This document shows, one piece after another, positions 33,084 to 47,020 of a stretch of DNA of 64,000 nucleotides. Source of the DNA: the human T2T-CHM13v2.0 reference genome, Homo sapiens. The DNA lies in the NCBI RefSeq assembly GCF_009914755.1, contig NC_060931.1, one strand, 5' to 3'. How positions within the stretch are numbered: the first letter of the stretch is position 1; each line of letters opens with the position of its first letter. The notes under the pieces were generated by a model, which did no database searches, had not been told where the DNA came from, and saw only the letters and a list, made by a program, of their open reading frames with translations. Both the position numbers and the translations under genes were made by a program.

Positions 33084-36000
33084 CTAAAATTACTCATCTT
33101 CTAACTAGGACAACATCCATTATCTCATTTCAGGCTCCAACCAACTGCGTGCAGCACAGTTCCTCATTTATCTCATAAATAAGGAACCAGCGGCTCAGAA
33201 CAGAGAAGAAACATTCTCAAGGCATACAGCCAGTGACTGAGCTGTGATTCCAAGATGGGTCATTCAGATGCCCAAATGCAATCACTCTACTTTCTTGCCT
33301 CTGTCTACACTGTCTTTCTTTTTCTTTTTTTTTTTTTTTGGCTTCCTAAATTCCAGTTTGAGCTCAGTAAACTCAGATACGCAGTAGGTGCAAGTAAGTC
33401 TTCCCTTCATTAATAAACATAGATGCCATTGCTCTTGATTAACTCCTGAGAGTGTTACAGCCTTCAACTGAATAACCTTGACAAAGTGCTCTGAGAATGT
33501 AAATAGACATTATTTTGGACCACGCTATTAGAGGTAACATTTGCTTCTTGCAATGTCAATAATTGGGAAGCAGGAAAATAGTGCTGTTTTTTTTTTTAAA
33601 GCAACCTTAGAAAACTGAACATAAATATTTGGTATCAGTAATTAATTGAACATTAATATGTTTGCTTTAGACACCAAAATATAATTGGTATTTCAGAGGT
33701 GGGTTTCCTCAAGAGACCAAAAATTAAAATCAAAAGAGAAATGCTTTCTAGAAAATTGGATCTTTCTACTTTTGTAAACATCCTTTCTCCCCAGCAGTTA
33801 GATTTTTAATTGAGTACTTCTTTGGTCTTAGCACTTGCTTATAGAACTAAAGTGACCATGGTCTTCAAGGTTAATTATTAACACAAATCTGAGAAGTGTT
33901 CAGAACTATGAACTTAGGAATGGAGAAAAATAATCACATACAAACCAAGTGAAGATAGATTTGTGTGTAAATCTAATTTTCCTCAGAAGAAAAATAGGCA
34001 TTTCTTTCAACATAAGGGTGTATTCAGATTAGCTTTGCATATTAGTAACTTATTTAATATGGCAATGGGCAAAAAGCAATCCATTAAAAAGCAATTTTGC
34101 TCTTACCACAGGGTGTTTTATCATTTGGTGTCTAGCATTCAATCAGAAAGTAACAATCCTTAATATTTTATGAGCAGAAAACAACTCATCTGGGCATGTA
34201 GGCTTCAGAAACATGAATGTGTTTTGTAAGCCTTGACAAATTTCCAGAATGGGCTTTGCAGATGATGGCAAGCAATAAGTCAAACTAAAAACTTAAACTT
34301 ATGACTATCACAACATTGGGGAAATTATTCTTCAGGACAGATGATGGGCATGCGTTAAAAAACATAATGACAAAACTCATAGGAAAAAGTATCAGTCCCA
34401 GCTCATTCTTCCACTTTCTGAAGTGTATAGGAAATTTTCTGAACTCCTTCGGGGACAAGGACCATATCTGGTTCCTTTGTACCTGCAGTGTCCCTCATAG
34501 TCTGTGGCATGTTGTAAGTACTGGATAGATTTTCATTGAACAAATTAATAAATGTGTTTGTCGTCTTAGGTGAAGAGAGACTGCTTTGACAATGCCAGGC
34601 CTCAGCTGTCCAAGCCCAGTCTCAATGCAGAAACCAGGCCTGAGTGAGTTGTGGCAGAATGTTGGGAGTCTTCTCTCCATCAGAAGGTGGGAGATGGAAC
34701 AGTCTTCAGTGCATGAAGAGCATCTGTGGCATCTCCAGGGACCTGCGAGGTGTTTGCCTTCATCTCCACTCTGTTACTTCAGCCCACAAATGGAGTTCTG
34801 CCCTGATTCCTGGATTGACCACCAGGTCCTGGAAAGGCCAGGAGGGCTACTCTACACCTGCCAGAGGTCAAGCTCTATCCCCTATTCTGTCCCCACCCCA
34901 TCCCCAAGCACAAAATGAACATTCACCTGAGGAGGACTACCTGCCCAGATTCTTGCCAGCTGAGGTCCCCTCCACCCACTGGATGGGGATCCACTGACCC
35001 AGAGGCCAGCCCACATCAGGGTCATGTTTACCCTGCCTGCACCTGCTCTGGAATTCAACCATCTCTTCCAAACTATTCCCCCCAGGTTGAATAAGACTGT
35101 TCCCATAGAGCTCCTCTCACTGAGATCACTGCAATTTCAGCCAGAAAATGAACACAACTACTCAAATCACCACCCAAAATACTTCCAATCCATTTCTAGA
35201 CATTCTGCTCTGGAGAGAACCTGGAGGTGTAGGAGCACAGTGCGGTTTGTGAGTAATTCACTCAGGGACACAAGGCCCTAAGTAGCAGAGCTGAACTCAG
35301 TTCCCCTCTATTCCCAGCAATCTCTACCTCCTACACCAGATCACTCTTATGTGTTTACTTTTAGCAGGACAGACATATGTCCCTTGGGCAAAGGAGAAGA
35401 GCAGATAGCTGGGCACGGCATGTCATAGAACATGAGTGAAGGTACACATGGAGAGTGGGCCTTCTGCTGCCATCAAGATGAGCATAAACAGCCAAAGGTT
35501 GTCATCAGAAAGGAGGAGACAACCAAGGGCAGTGCAGAGCAGTACCTTGGACACAGAAACACCTGCCTGGTAGAACACCACTACTCACTCCAGTTACTGA
35601 AAATTAACTCCCAGATGGTCCAGACATGTTTTCCAGCCAGCAACTTTCACCAATTTCCCCCATGAAATTGAGATAAACATGAAACAGTCACAGTTATCAG
35701 ACAGAGGAATTCAGCAGGATTTGTTTGATTTAGGACTTACATCCTTAAGCTGAGTAAACAGTAAGCAATACTGCACACTGAAATCTCAGCGAGTTAGTGT
35801 AATTAGGGAGTAAGAAGGATAACTCAAGTCAAGGATCCATGTAAACAGAAATCTTCACATTTGGTGAGCTGTAAACCAGAGTAGGTGAATGCAGAGATCT
35901 CTCAGGTTACACTGCTACTGTTCTAATGCAAAAATGCTCATGTTCCATGTCATCATTGGCTGCTTCCTCCCATGAGCCCACACTGGAAGATGATAAAGTT

Positions 36001-37027
36001 TTCCACTTGGCCAACCAGGCTCAATTTCTTAGTATTTTTCCTTACTAAGTATTAAATTTTCTAGTTTATTTCAGCAGTACCTGTAGTCAGTTCTACACTG
36101 TAAATAAAACATAACTCTCTTTCCAATGTAATCATCAGATTCCTCCCATTAATCATTTCAGGCCATTATTTTAAGCTCTCGAGCAGGCAACTGAATATTT
36201 ATGTTTTCACAGTAATACCAAACACCCCAACATTTTTCTGGTATAAACAGTCTTTTCTGGTGCTCATGTTATTAAGCCTGTGCGGAAAGATTTATATGTG
36301 TGCTGGCTTCTAGATGTTGGATGGAATGGAAGTAAACCACTTTAAGAAGGTTCAACATCGACAATGATAATAGGGACAGGTTAAATCATATCCACCTTGG
36401 TAGATTAAAGCTAAATTATGCCAATGAACAAAAGGCAAGAAAATTATCATCCTTTCTTTTTCTGTATGTACTCTCATAAATTTTGTGATATAAGAAAAAG
36501 AGCAATAAAAATATTGCTGACCACATTTTTCATTTTCAGCTACCCATTTTCTTTAATAATTTCTTCTTTCTTAGAGAAAGTATTCCAAACAACAGAAACA
36601 CTGAGAGCAAGAGAATTTCATTAAGGTATTCAATTTTTCTTTATAGAGAAAAATTGCTTAGAAAGAAAAGAAAATGATCTACTGGTAGGTTATAAACTGG
36701 AATTTTAAAAAAGAAATCCATAGATTTTTTTTTCCTGAACAGAAGCAAGCCTGTTTTAATATGTACTCATTTTCATGATATTTGAAACTCAGCCACAATG
36801 ATCTGCAAATTTCTCCATTCCCATAGGTTTTAATCACATTTACTTCCAGACCAGACATGCAAAAGTATGTATGCTGTAAACCTGAGCCAAATAATAATCA
36901 ACCTATCCACAGTGATGACCGTAAGAAGCTGTCGGCATCTTGGGATTTCTTCACACAGGTAGGGGCACAACCCTGGAAGCTGGGACTCTGCCAGCTTCAC
37001 ACCCATGTGGGAAATAAGTATACTTAC

Positions 37028-37136
37028 GCAACTCGCCCACTTTCAAGATCTCACATAGCATCTTGGTCAGCTCTATACTACTGCGGCCAAAGGGACATTC
37101 ATGCTTGTCTTCTCGACTACTGTTCTCAAGCACAAT
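37028..37136 (-). CDS. ELMO1: Internal coding exon of ELMO1 (engulfment and cell motility 1), ELMO domain; 109 bp, phase 0 start, phase 1 end (recalled as c.1192-1300, exon ~15)
   Basis: Translates [36 protein letters not shown], recognised as ELMO1. Acceptor tttcctttctaatctgttccctttcccattacag| with CTAAT branch-like motif; donor |gtaagt at 37027-37022. Confidence 0.95.
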
Positions 37137-37664
37137 CTGTAATGGGAAAGGGAACAGATTAGAAAGGAAATTCAATTGTGGAAAACATCAAGAATATCAC
37201 CTTCATTCCAATAGATGAATACATAGATCCACTTCAGATCCCCAAACGAAGACTCTTGGGGCCAGGACAAAATAGTACTCCAAGTATACAGGACCGAAAA
37301 GTCTCATTTATCCCCCCCAAATCTTTGACAACCCTCTTCAACCCTGTAAAAGAGGATATTTTGCTTGTTCGTTCCCATTTACACAGAGAAGCCTGGAGAG
37401 TGTTTTGGAATAGTACAATAAAGACTTTTTCACTTCAGTGACCAAACAACTCTCTTGTCCTCCCATTTCTGTCCTCTTTTCTTGGGAATAGTAACTCCTT
37501 CTGTGACTTCAGTCTCAAACTTCAATAGGATATTTTCCAAGGAAGTCCATATTCTTACAAGATCTTACCCTCTGGCATCAGTTGAATAAATCATGCCTGG
37601 AAAATGTGACATGATGGACCAATCACAGTCCTTCCCTGAGACTTCATACTAAGAGAAAAACTGG

Positions 37665-38084
<420 letters not shown>

Positions 38085-38629
38085 CTATGCTGACGGTGCC
38101 CCTGGAGTGTGGACTTAGGAGTTACCTGGATGTTGGCCCTCAGAAAAAAGAAAATAAAACTAAAATGCAAAGTAAAACAGAGACAAGAGACAGCAAGAGA
38201 CCTAGAAGTGTTTGAGACTGGTTCCACCTATTCCTACTGGTCCCCCTGTTCCTATAGCACAACTACTTCCCTGTCTTTCCCCTTTCGTTGCTCAATCCCT
38301 CCTCTGAAAATCCTTTTGTCCATCTAATAAATTATCCTCTTTTCTTAAGCTAATTTGAGATGTTCCTAACACTCTCAACTAAGGGAATTACTCTACACAT
38401 AGATTAAACAAAAGCAAAACAAAATAACAAAACTCTCAAGTTATGGAACTTTATCCATGTCTAAAGCTTCTTCTCCAAAACTCATCCCCAGTAAGAGTTG
38501 TCTGGGACTTCCTTAATAGCTACACCACTTTGAATGATCATCTCTCAGTAGCATCTACAATGATGCTGTGCAGTGACTCACTGTTTTGTCACCTCCACAG
38601 AATATGAACTCTTCAGTGGCAGGGACAGG

Positions 38630-38960
38630 TGTTTTATTCACTTAGTCAACAGTATTAATTGAGCACCTGTTATCCACCAGGAAGATGGCTGAGCCCCATA
38701 AAATAGACAAGGGCCCTGACCTCATTAAGCATTCATTCTAATTGAAGGACACAAAAACAAAAGAGGTAGTTACAGTTTATCGCAAGTGCTATGAAAATAA
38801 AAAATAACTTGTTGAGTGACAGAGAGTAACAGGGAATGCTTGGGGAGGGGAGTTTAGATAACCAGGTGATCAAGGAAGGTTCTCGGACTATTGAGAATCA
38901 AACGATGAGAAAGACCTTGCTATGTCAAGGTATGTGAGAAAGAACATTCCAGATAGAGAT
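38630..38960 (-). mobile_element. L2 3' fragment
   Basis: ttattcacttagtcaacagtattaattgagcacct...ggccctgacctcat. Confidence 0.6.
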
Positions 38961-40242
38961 GAAGGTCAGAGCCCACTGAGGTGAGCTGGGCAGTGGGCTG
39001 GCCTCCCCAAAACATATGCACTCAGTCTGCCCAAGCATAGACAATTTCATTTCACTCAGCCTGAATCACCCTTTTCCTTTTCAGGGAAACCATTCTGATT
39101 CTAACCAGAAATTCCCATTCCAGAAAGCAGGAGGGGAGAATAAGTTCCATTAATCAGTGAATTTTATCTCCCCTCTAAATATTTTGTATCTGAGACAGCC
39201 AGATCAGAGAGCAAATCTGAAGCTCCTAATGATGGGAGAAATGAACTGAAAAAAAGAAACAGAGCCAGAAGACAGAACATAAAGAGAAGACAGAAGACAG
39301 GTAGTTTTCCTCGGCTCCCAGCTTCCAGCGAGCACATTCCCTTGTATTTCACATTAACATTCTATTAACATTTCATGAGCACATTAATATTTAATGAGGC
39401 TGTGATCTGCATACACTGTAGGTAGAATTACTGCAGCCAATAAATGCTTGGGAAACATTTCCAAGGCACAGTTTATTAGCAGGCACTAAATTAAGTAGTA
39501 ATTTAAGTAATCAATATGTAAATCAGCTTGGAGAAGTCCTGCTCTTTATTTTTTAATGCACCATCCATCTTATCATACTTACCCACCTAAAGAAAAATAA
39601 ACCCGCCGCCTTCTTGACTGATTTCTGTTGTCAAGGCAGACACAAATATTTAAAGCTACTTGTGTAACTTTTAAGATCAACCTTCTTACAAAAATATTGT
39701 AGAAAAGATTACAATTATGAATGCTACTAGTTAGATATTACTATAGTGAGAGATAATTCTTAAGCTGGACAATAGCTTTTATTTAACACATTGATACATC
39801 TACATTCAATTTCAACATTCTGATATTAACCATGTCCATCGGAGACATTTTGAAAAGCTCCATTTGGAAATATCAAAGCATATTTTTCATCTTTATTTTC
39901 CCCTTACTCTTCAGTTTTAAGAGCAAATATGCTAGAACAGAAATCAAAATGAAGTACTAAAAGGTGCTATTACCACTCATCTTAGAATATATCAAACACC
40001 AAAATAAACTCTTTCTGCATATTTTATTTAAAAAAACTGGATATCCGTGCAATGTGAAGTTATATTTTTATAAAATGCTTCATCGTTTACAGAGTATATT
40101 TATACATTCTCTATCAATTGATTTCCAACAAGTCCATCCATTAATAAAGTAGGTATTATTAGTCTCTTAAGAATGCTGAAACAAAAGGCAGAGGTGACTT
40201 TCTAGCATCCCAGAGCTAGCCTGTGTCAGTCCTGGAGTTCAA

Positions 40243-40487
40243 TTTTTTTTTTTTTTTTGAGATGTAGTTTCACTCTTGTTGCCCAGGCTGGAGTGCAGTG
40301 GCATAATCTCGGCTCGCTGCAACCTCCGCCCCGCCAAGCTCAAGCGATTCTCCTGCCTCAGCCTCCTGAGTAGCTGGAATTACAAGAGCCCACCACCACA
40401 CCCAACTAATTTTTGTATTTTTAGTAGAGACGGGGTTTCACCATGTTGGCCGAGCTGGGTCTCGAACTCCAGACCTCAGGTGATCCC
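40243..40487 (-). mobile_element. AluS, 5'-truncated
   Basis: Alu text stops after cctcaggtgatcc. Confidence 0.9.
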
Positions 40488-41740
40488 TCTCCAATGACCA
40501 AATCTCTTCCTGTCTCCTTATAGTTTACAAATTGGCTTCACATACATATTACCATGAAAATCAGTAGGTTTCATGTCTAAAGAAGCTAAGGGGACTTTGG
40601 TCAATTTCTTCTGTCTCCTTGAAGTTGTCTATAAGCCCTGTTCCTCCTAGACAAAGCTATAAGGTTCTATGTCATCTAATTTATCCCCTGAAGATGACAA
40701 TTCCTCATGGTGAGTGACCAAAGCTGCTGCAGTGTCCCCACAGACTTTACTTCCATAAATTCCAGGCTCTCCTCTGAATGCTCTGTGTTTCTTGTCGCTC
40801 TTCTCCAATTGTGTAGATCAGGAACATTTATGGCTTGGGCATGACCATGAAGTGTTGAGTCCAAGGCCACCCTCACTCAAATATGAATCCCTTCTCTGGC
40901 TCTCTTGCCCTCCTTGCCTCAGCATCACATGGCTGATTTATATTCACTTGCTTGTCTCTGACACACTCTCTCTTCCACTCTCTGTTGAAGCTCTCTCTTT
41001 TGGGGGAGAGCCCAATTCATTCTGTGCCTCCTGCAGCCAGCCCTTGAGGGCTTGAGGGCTTCTTCCATGCCCTGTCACCTGTGGAGGCTTCTCTTCCACT
41101 GTGAACCTTTTTCCATTTCACTTTGACTTAACCTAGGGTCAGGTGAGGCATAGTGGCCTCCCCACAGGCCACACGAAGGACAGTGTGTGTGAGGTGGTAC
41201 TGTCTGCAAAGAGAGGGGACACAAAGCAGCTATGAGAAGCACTGATAATGTGGTGACCTTGGACAAAGGTGCCGCCAACTAGGATGAACTTGCATGAGGC
41301 ACTGCATGTCTTTGTGAGATACGAAGACCTTACATAAAACCCAATTCATGGGACTGTCGTGCATATCAACTCACACAACAAAGGCAAAGTCCCTAAAACT
41401 GCCTTCAGAGAGTTCGTGTTTTTATCTCTTTATTGTGCTCTCTCTTCCTGTTTCTGCATGGCCCATGGCCAACATTTCACACAACACTTTTACCAGCAGC
41501 TAAACCAAAATCATGACTGCAGTGAGACTGGCTCTCTGATGACAGGCTTCTAGGGACTCATGAAAGTAAACCAGAGGCCTTCTGGTTGTTTTAGCATGAC
41601 AGGCAGAGAGAGAGATAAAAGTAGGTCCTCACCTGCTTACACCAAGAATGCAAGATAAAAAGTCCCATGTGCTGCTGTTTAAGCAGGGCTCTCCCGCAGG
41701 AATGCAGGGTGACAATAGTGTGAAGAACGAACAAGGACCC

Positions 41741-42260
41741 TGTTGTAACTAAGTGAGTTACAGAGAAACGCCACACTTTGAGACAAATCATGGAGTCTTT
41801 TATTAGCCGGTGACCGAGAGACAGCTAGCGCTCAAAATTCTCTTGGCCCCGAAGAAGGGGCTACATTCTCTTTTATACTATGGTCTAAATAGGGGAGGGG
41901 GAGTTTAACTGAAGCAGTTTTACAGAAGCAGAACAGGCAAAAAGTTAAAAAATTAATTGGTTATAGAAGCAGTTACAAAAAATAAACAGTTCCAGGTGCA
42001 GGGGCTTAAACTATCACTAAGAGATAAATGCAGGGGCTCTTAGGTACCTTCCACCGAGCACATTCCCAGGAGCTGCTGGTATAGCCTGCCTCAGTATCTT
42101 ATCAGCAGGTGCATTCCTGGATGTGCTTGGAGTCAGCTTGCACTGGTTATTCTCTTAAGGGGGATAAAGGGGGCTGCGAGTGAAGACACTAAAACGGAGT
42201 CTGTCTGGCTCTCTCTCCTAGGAGGGAGTCACTCAGGTTAAAACAAGGTAGGTTATCACA
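41741..42260 (-). mobile_element. ERV1 solo LTR, LTR6B-like (HERV-S71/HERV-T)
   Basis: On minus strand TGTGATAACCTACCTTGTTTTAACCTGAGTGACTC...GTTACAACA; TG...CA ends; near-TSD accc/accg; TATAAAA (41871-41877) and AATAAA (41799-41804). Subfamily from recall. Confidence 0.72.
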
Positions 42261-42979
42261 ACCGCAGAAAACAAGTCAATGCATGACATGGTGTTTCTGG
42301 CAATAAAGTCCTCAAACTAAAGCGTTCCAGCCACCATAGGGCAATTGTCCTCAGAATCCTTGTCAATGTCACAAATCTGTTTCCTGACCCATTGGAGATC
42401 TTCTCCCATACTAAATCAACAAATAAATAAGAAGCCTTATCAGTATCAATGAGATCTCCCCACATTCCAACACAGGGTCAATGTCCCCTTAGGAATAGTA
42501 TCAGGCAACTCCCCAGAATGAAGTGTTAGTCCTTAGATCATATCCCAAGACCCAGACCTACCCCAGGGTCAAAGAATAAGCCCAGTTTTGATTCCTCTTA
42601 TGGAGACTCGGGAGTCACTTCTCCTTCATTCTCCCTTGGTGCCAATGCTAATGATGATTGGTCCCAAGAAAACTGAAGACCATCATGAGAAAGAACCCTG
42701 AGCTGCCTCAAGGGGGCTGCACAAGAAGTTAATTGTGATCATGAATTTCAATCAAGTCCAGAGAATTAAACAAACATGTCCAAGCCCTAATAGGATGGTT
42801 TTAAATGAGCAGAGAAAGAAGAACATTAAAATTATAGAAAGTGTGCCAAGCACACAAACAAAATGGAACAGATCAGAACCACAGGCTGCTAGTTCACCAG
42901 ATCTACCTAGAAAGGAAGTGAGACCTGGAAGTAAATAAACCCAAAAGAAAAAAGCTTTAGGGATGCCATCAAGATGGCA

Positions 42980-43250
42980 GCAAAAGGCAACAAACAGCTA
43001 ACAGCTAACATTTATAGAAAGCATTTCTCTCCCAGGCCTTCTTTGAAGGGCTTTGTACAGATTGTCTCATTCCACACACGTGTACCAGCACATGCCAAAA
43101 TACTAAGCCATCTCACTGTACAGATGAAGAAACAGAGACAAAGAGATGTGTCACTGGTCCAAGGTCACACAGCACAGAAATAAACAGACCCAGCATGGAA
43201 GCTTAGATGGCCTAACCCCAAAGCACATATTCTTGGTTACCAATTCCTAT
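42980..43250 (-). mobile_element. MIR
   Basis: tgtacagatgaagaaacagag...ggtccaaggtcacacagc. Confidence 0.7.
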
Positions 43251-43800
43251 TGAAAACAGAAAGGGTGAAATATTACAGTAATAAAGCTTTGAGCAGGAAA
43301 GGCCTTCACATGGTCACAAAGGAGTGATCAGCACTGTGGCTCTGGACAGAAACAAACTTCCTGGATCTATTTCTAACGGACAAAGTCTACTTCTTGGTGA
43401 CTTTGTACATATCCCTTAACCTCAGTTTTCTCCATGAAAATGAGTGAAGGAATACTTATCCATAAAGGGTCGTAAAGATTAAATGGGAAAGCAAAATGGA
43501 AGTAAAGATTTCCTTAGTGCCTGAAACACCTCAAACACTTGATGGAGACAACTGATCCTACTATCACCATAATAATTACATAAACGCTTGTTCCAAGGTA
43601 TTACTATTTGCATTTCTGAAATATTCTTATCGCTCTTGGGAAAAGCTGTTGAAAAAGCACGACAGAAAACAAAACATGGTTGCTGTAGCAGTTATTAATC
43701 TTGCTTTTTTTGGTAAAGTAAGGACTTGGATGAAATCATATTTCTGACTTACATGGGTTTCCTCAAGTTCTTTCGGCATCTCTTTAGAAAAGTGGTTCTA

Positions 43801-44109
43801 CATCATTCTCAGCAAACTATCGCAAGGACAAAAAACCAAACACTGCATGTTCTCACTCATAGGTGGGAATTGAACAATAAGAACATATGGACATAAGAAG
43901 GGGAACAGCACACACCCAGGCCTGTTGTGGGGTGGGGGGAGGGGGGAGGGATAGCATTATGATACCTAACATTAGGTTATCTAATGTTAAATGACGAGTT
44001 AATGGGTGCAGCACAACGTGGCACATGTATACATATGTAACTAACCTGCACGTTGTGCACATGTACCCTAAGACTTAAAGTATAATAAAAAATATTAAAT
44101 AAAAAAAAT
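43801..44109 (+). mobile_element. 5'-truncated L1PA 3' end (L1PA3-5-like)
   Basis: catcattctcagcaaactatcgcaaggacaaaaaaccaaac...G-rich tract...gacttaaagtataataaaaa. Confidence 0.93.
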
Positions 44110-44123
44110 AAAAGAGCAGAGAA

Positions 44124-44419
44124 GGCTGGGAGCAGTGGTTCATGCCTGTAATCCCAGCACTCTGGGAGGCCGAGGCAGGCGGATCATGAGGTCAGGAGAT
44201 CGAGACCATCCTGGCTAACACAGTGAAATCCCATCTCTACTAAAAATAAAAAATATATATATATTAGCCGGGCATGGTGGCGGGCACCTGTAGTCCCAGC
44301 TACTTGGGAGGCTGAGGCAGGAGAATGGCATATGGCATGAACCCGCGAGGCGGAGCTTGCAGTGAACCGAGATTGCGCCACTGCACTCCAGCCTGGGTGA
44401 GAGAGTGAGACTCCATCTC

Positions 44420-44444
<25 letters not shown>
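44124..44444 (+). mobile_element. AluY nested in the L1 tail
   Basis: gagatcgagaccatcctggctaacac, gcggagcttgcag; TSD aaaagagcagagaa (44110-44123) / aaaagaacagagaa (44445-44458). Confidence 0.93.
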
Positions 44445-44452
<8 letters not shown>

Positions 44453-44730
44453 AGAGAAAGGACCAAACTAATGTTCGATAATTTTCTTCCAGTCAAGACG
44501 TTCCTAATAATGCTGGACAACTTCCAGTTTGGAAATGACCACCTCCCCGGGTGTTGTCTAATCACATTGTCCAAATGCTACGACAACAACCTGTTGAGAA
44601 ACATCCACAAACTCAGGTGATCTTATGCCTGAGTGAAGAATATAATTGTTACTGTAAAATATATTTGGTGTGTTAAAATTATATGGTACTGCAAAATAAA
44701 GCATTCTCAGAATGAAAAAAAAAAAAGAAA

Positions 44731-44880
44731 AGTGGTTCTAACTTTAATGTGTGTCAGAATCACCTGGAGAACATACTGAACGCAGGCTGCTGGGAGGCTC
44801 CCCTAGGGTTTGATTGAGAAGGTCTGAGGTGGAACCCACAAAAATAAGTCAGTAAACCAAGTCCTAAAGTTTTCTGAGAC
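44731..44880. mobile_element. MER5-like hAT-Charlie relic
   Basis: agtggttctaactt...tcagaatcacctggaga. Confidence 0.6.
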
Positions 44881-45881
44881 AATGAGGGGATTGAGGGAGA
44901 GAGAGTTAGAAAAGGATTTAAGAGAATATTTAAAAGTTACTTTCACCAGCATGCCCTTAAGTAAAAACTCCATCCCTTCACCTTCCCTGAGCTTTAATTG
45001 GTCACCTAGAGAGAGGCGGCCATCCATGGTATGTCCAGGCTGCGGAGGCCTCAGGCCTTTGGACAGGGCCAGTGCTGCCAGGCAGCTGAGATGGGCTTTC
45101 AGAAGGTTGGAAATGACCAAGTTAAGAATGTGAGTATAACTGACGACCAGGGAAAAGGACAAAAAACTTAAAGCGATATTTCCAAGAGCCAAATAACAAT
45201 GCATCCCAGGAAAAGGAGAAAAAGAATGTATTAATATAATGAGTCAGACTGGTGGAAAAAAAAAAAGAAAAGAAAACGCACACAGGGAACCAAGATAAAT
45301 AACAATCTGGACAAATGAGAGGAATGGTATAAAACCCAGCTAATGAGGTGAAATGCTTCCAGAATAAAATTAGGCAATTGCACATACAGAGGCATAATAA
45401 AGGCCATAAATATAAAATGGCAAGGAATTGACTGGGTAATGGTATAGTAATTAAAGCCTGGAGCTTCATAATAGACCTCAAATTGAACATTAATCAACCA
45501 AAAAGAAATGCTCCCTGCACTTTGATATAGTGCAACAAAAGCAGGACGCGCAAAACACACAGAGCAATCAAAGCCACGTTTTGCCGAAAGGCCCTCCCTT
45601 TGAGCATCACCTCAGGTAGCACAAAGAGGGCAAAGGATTAAATAACAGCAGGATGACTTCTGTTTGTGCCTACACAGTAATCACAACATTACTGAGGGAA
45701 GCCAAGCTCTGCTGACTATTCAAAGGCCAGGAGGTATCAGGGGCAATCCCCCAGCTGACTTCCCCACCAAAGAAGGTAGGCTAAAATCTCCCCTTTTATG
45801 CCAGTACATGTGTTCCTGGCCCCAAGGATGGGTACAGGTGTAGGGGGCACCTGTAGGCTTTACTCCAGGTTTATTTAAAGC

Positions 45882-46064
45882 AATAGTTCTCTAACTTGAG
45901 CTTCTATTAGAATCCTCTAAAAGCTTATTAAAATGCAGATTGCTGGACTCCACCCCCAGAATTATGATCAGACATTCTGGGGTGTACTCACGAATCTGCC
46001 TTTCTAACAAGTTCCCAGTTAACACAGATCTGCCAGTTTTGGACCACACTGTGGGAACCACTGA
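45882..46064. mobile_element. MER5A
   Basis: aaaatgcagattgctggactccacccccaga...tttctaacaagttccc...gggaaccactg. Confidence 0.75.
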
Positions 46065-46204
46065 CTTACAGGTCTGTCACATCTACATTCCCAATTTCCA
46101 TCATTAGCAAACCTTTTGTTTTTAAAGACATGCAAAGCAATGAAAGTAGACAAAAAAGAAATAAATCTGATTGGTTTTGGTTTGTTTTGTTTTTCCTGTG
46201 ACTA

Positions 46205-46455
46205 ATAAAAAAATCATTAATAAGAGTCAAAATCCATAGAGAGAGAAGGCAGAATGGTGGTTGCCGGGGGCTGAGAAGTGAGAATGGGGAGCCACTGCTT
46301 AGCGGGTATGGGGTTATTTCTGGGATGATGATCATGTCTTTGGATCTACATAGAGGTAGTGATTGCACAACACTGTGAATGTACTAAATGCCACTGAACA
46401 GTTTACTTTAAAATGGTTAATTTTATGGTATATGCACTTCATCTCGATTAACAAA
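46205..46455 (+). mobile_element. L1MB 3' end
   Basis: gaatggtggttgccgggggctg...gtgaatgtactaaatgccactgaa...ctttaaaatggttaattttatg. Confidence 0.8.
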
Positions 46456-46610
46456 AAAGAGTTAATACATATTAGATGATTATCATGTGCAAACTCTCAA
46501 GCGTTTAGCTCATTTGGTCCTCACAAGCCATTGAAGCAGGACTGCATTTTACAGATGAGGAAGCCATGCCTTAGAGCTTAAACAAGTTGCATGCTGTTTA
46601 GAAGGAACAC

Positions 46611-47020
46611 TGCTATGGTTTGAATGATGGTGCCCCTTCCGAAGTTCATGTTGAAACTTAATCCCCAATGCAACAGTATTAAGGGTGTGGCCTCTGGGAG
46701 GTGATTAAGTCATGAGGGCTTCTCTCTCGTGACTGGGATTAGCACCCTTATAAAAGGGCCTGTGATTGAAAGGAGGCTCTCACTTGCCCTCTGTCCCTTC
46801 TACCATGAAAGGACATCATGCTCCTCTCCTCCAGAGGATGCAGCGCCAAGGTACCATCTTGGAAATAGAGAGCACAGCCCTTACCAGACACCAAGCCCGC
46901 TGATGCCTTAATCTTGGACTTCCTAGTCCCCAGAACCATAAGAAATACATTTCTATTGTTTATAACTTACCCAGTCTAGGGTATTTTGTTAAAGCAGCAA
47001 AAATAGACGAAGACACTACA
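46611..47020 (+). mobile_element. MST (MSTC/D-like) MaLR solo LTR
   Basis: tgctatggtttgaatg...catgttgaaacttaatccccaatgcaacag...acccagtctagggtattttgtt. Confidence 0.8.

Noticed and set aside
36951-37175. 74-aa ORF as a standalone gene
   Set aside because: Only 37028-37136 is coding, bounded by AG and GT splice sites; the flanks are intron read-through.
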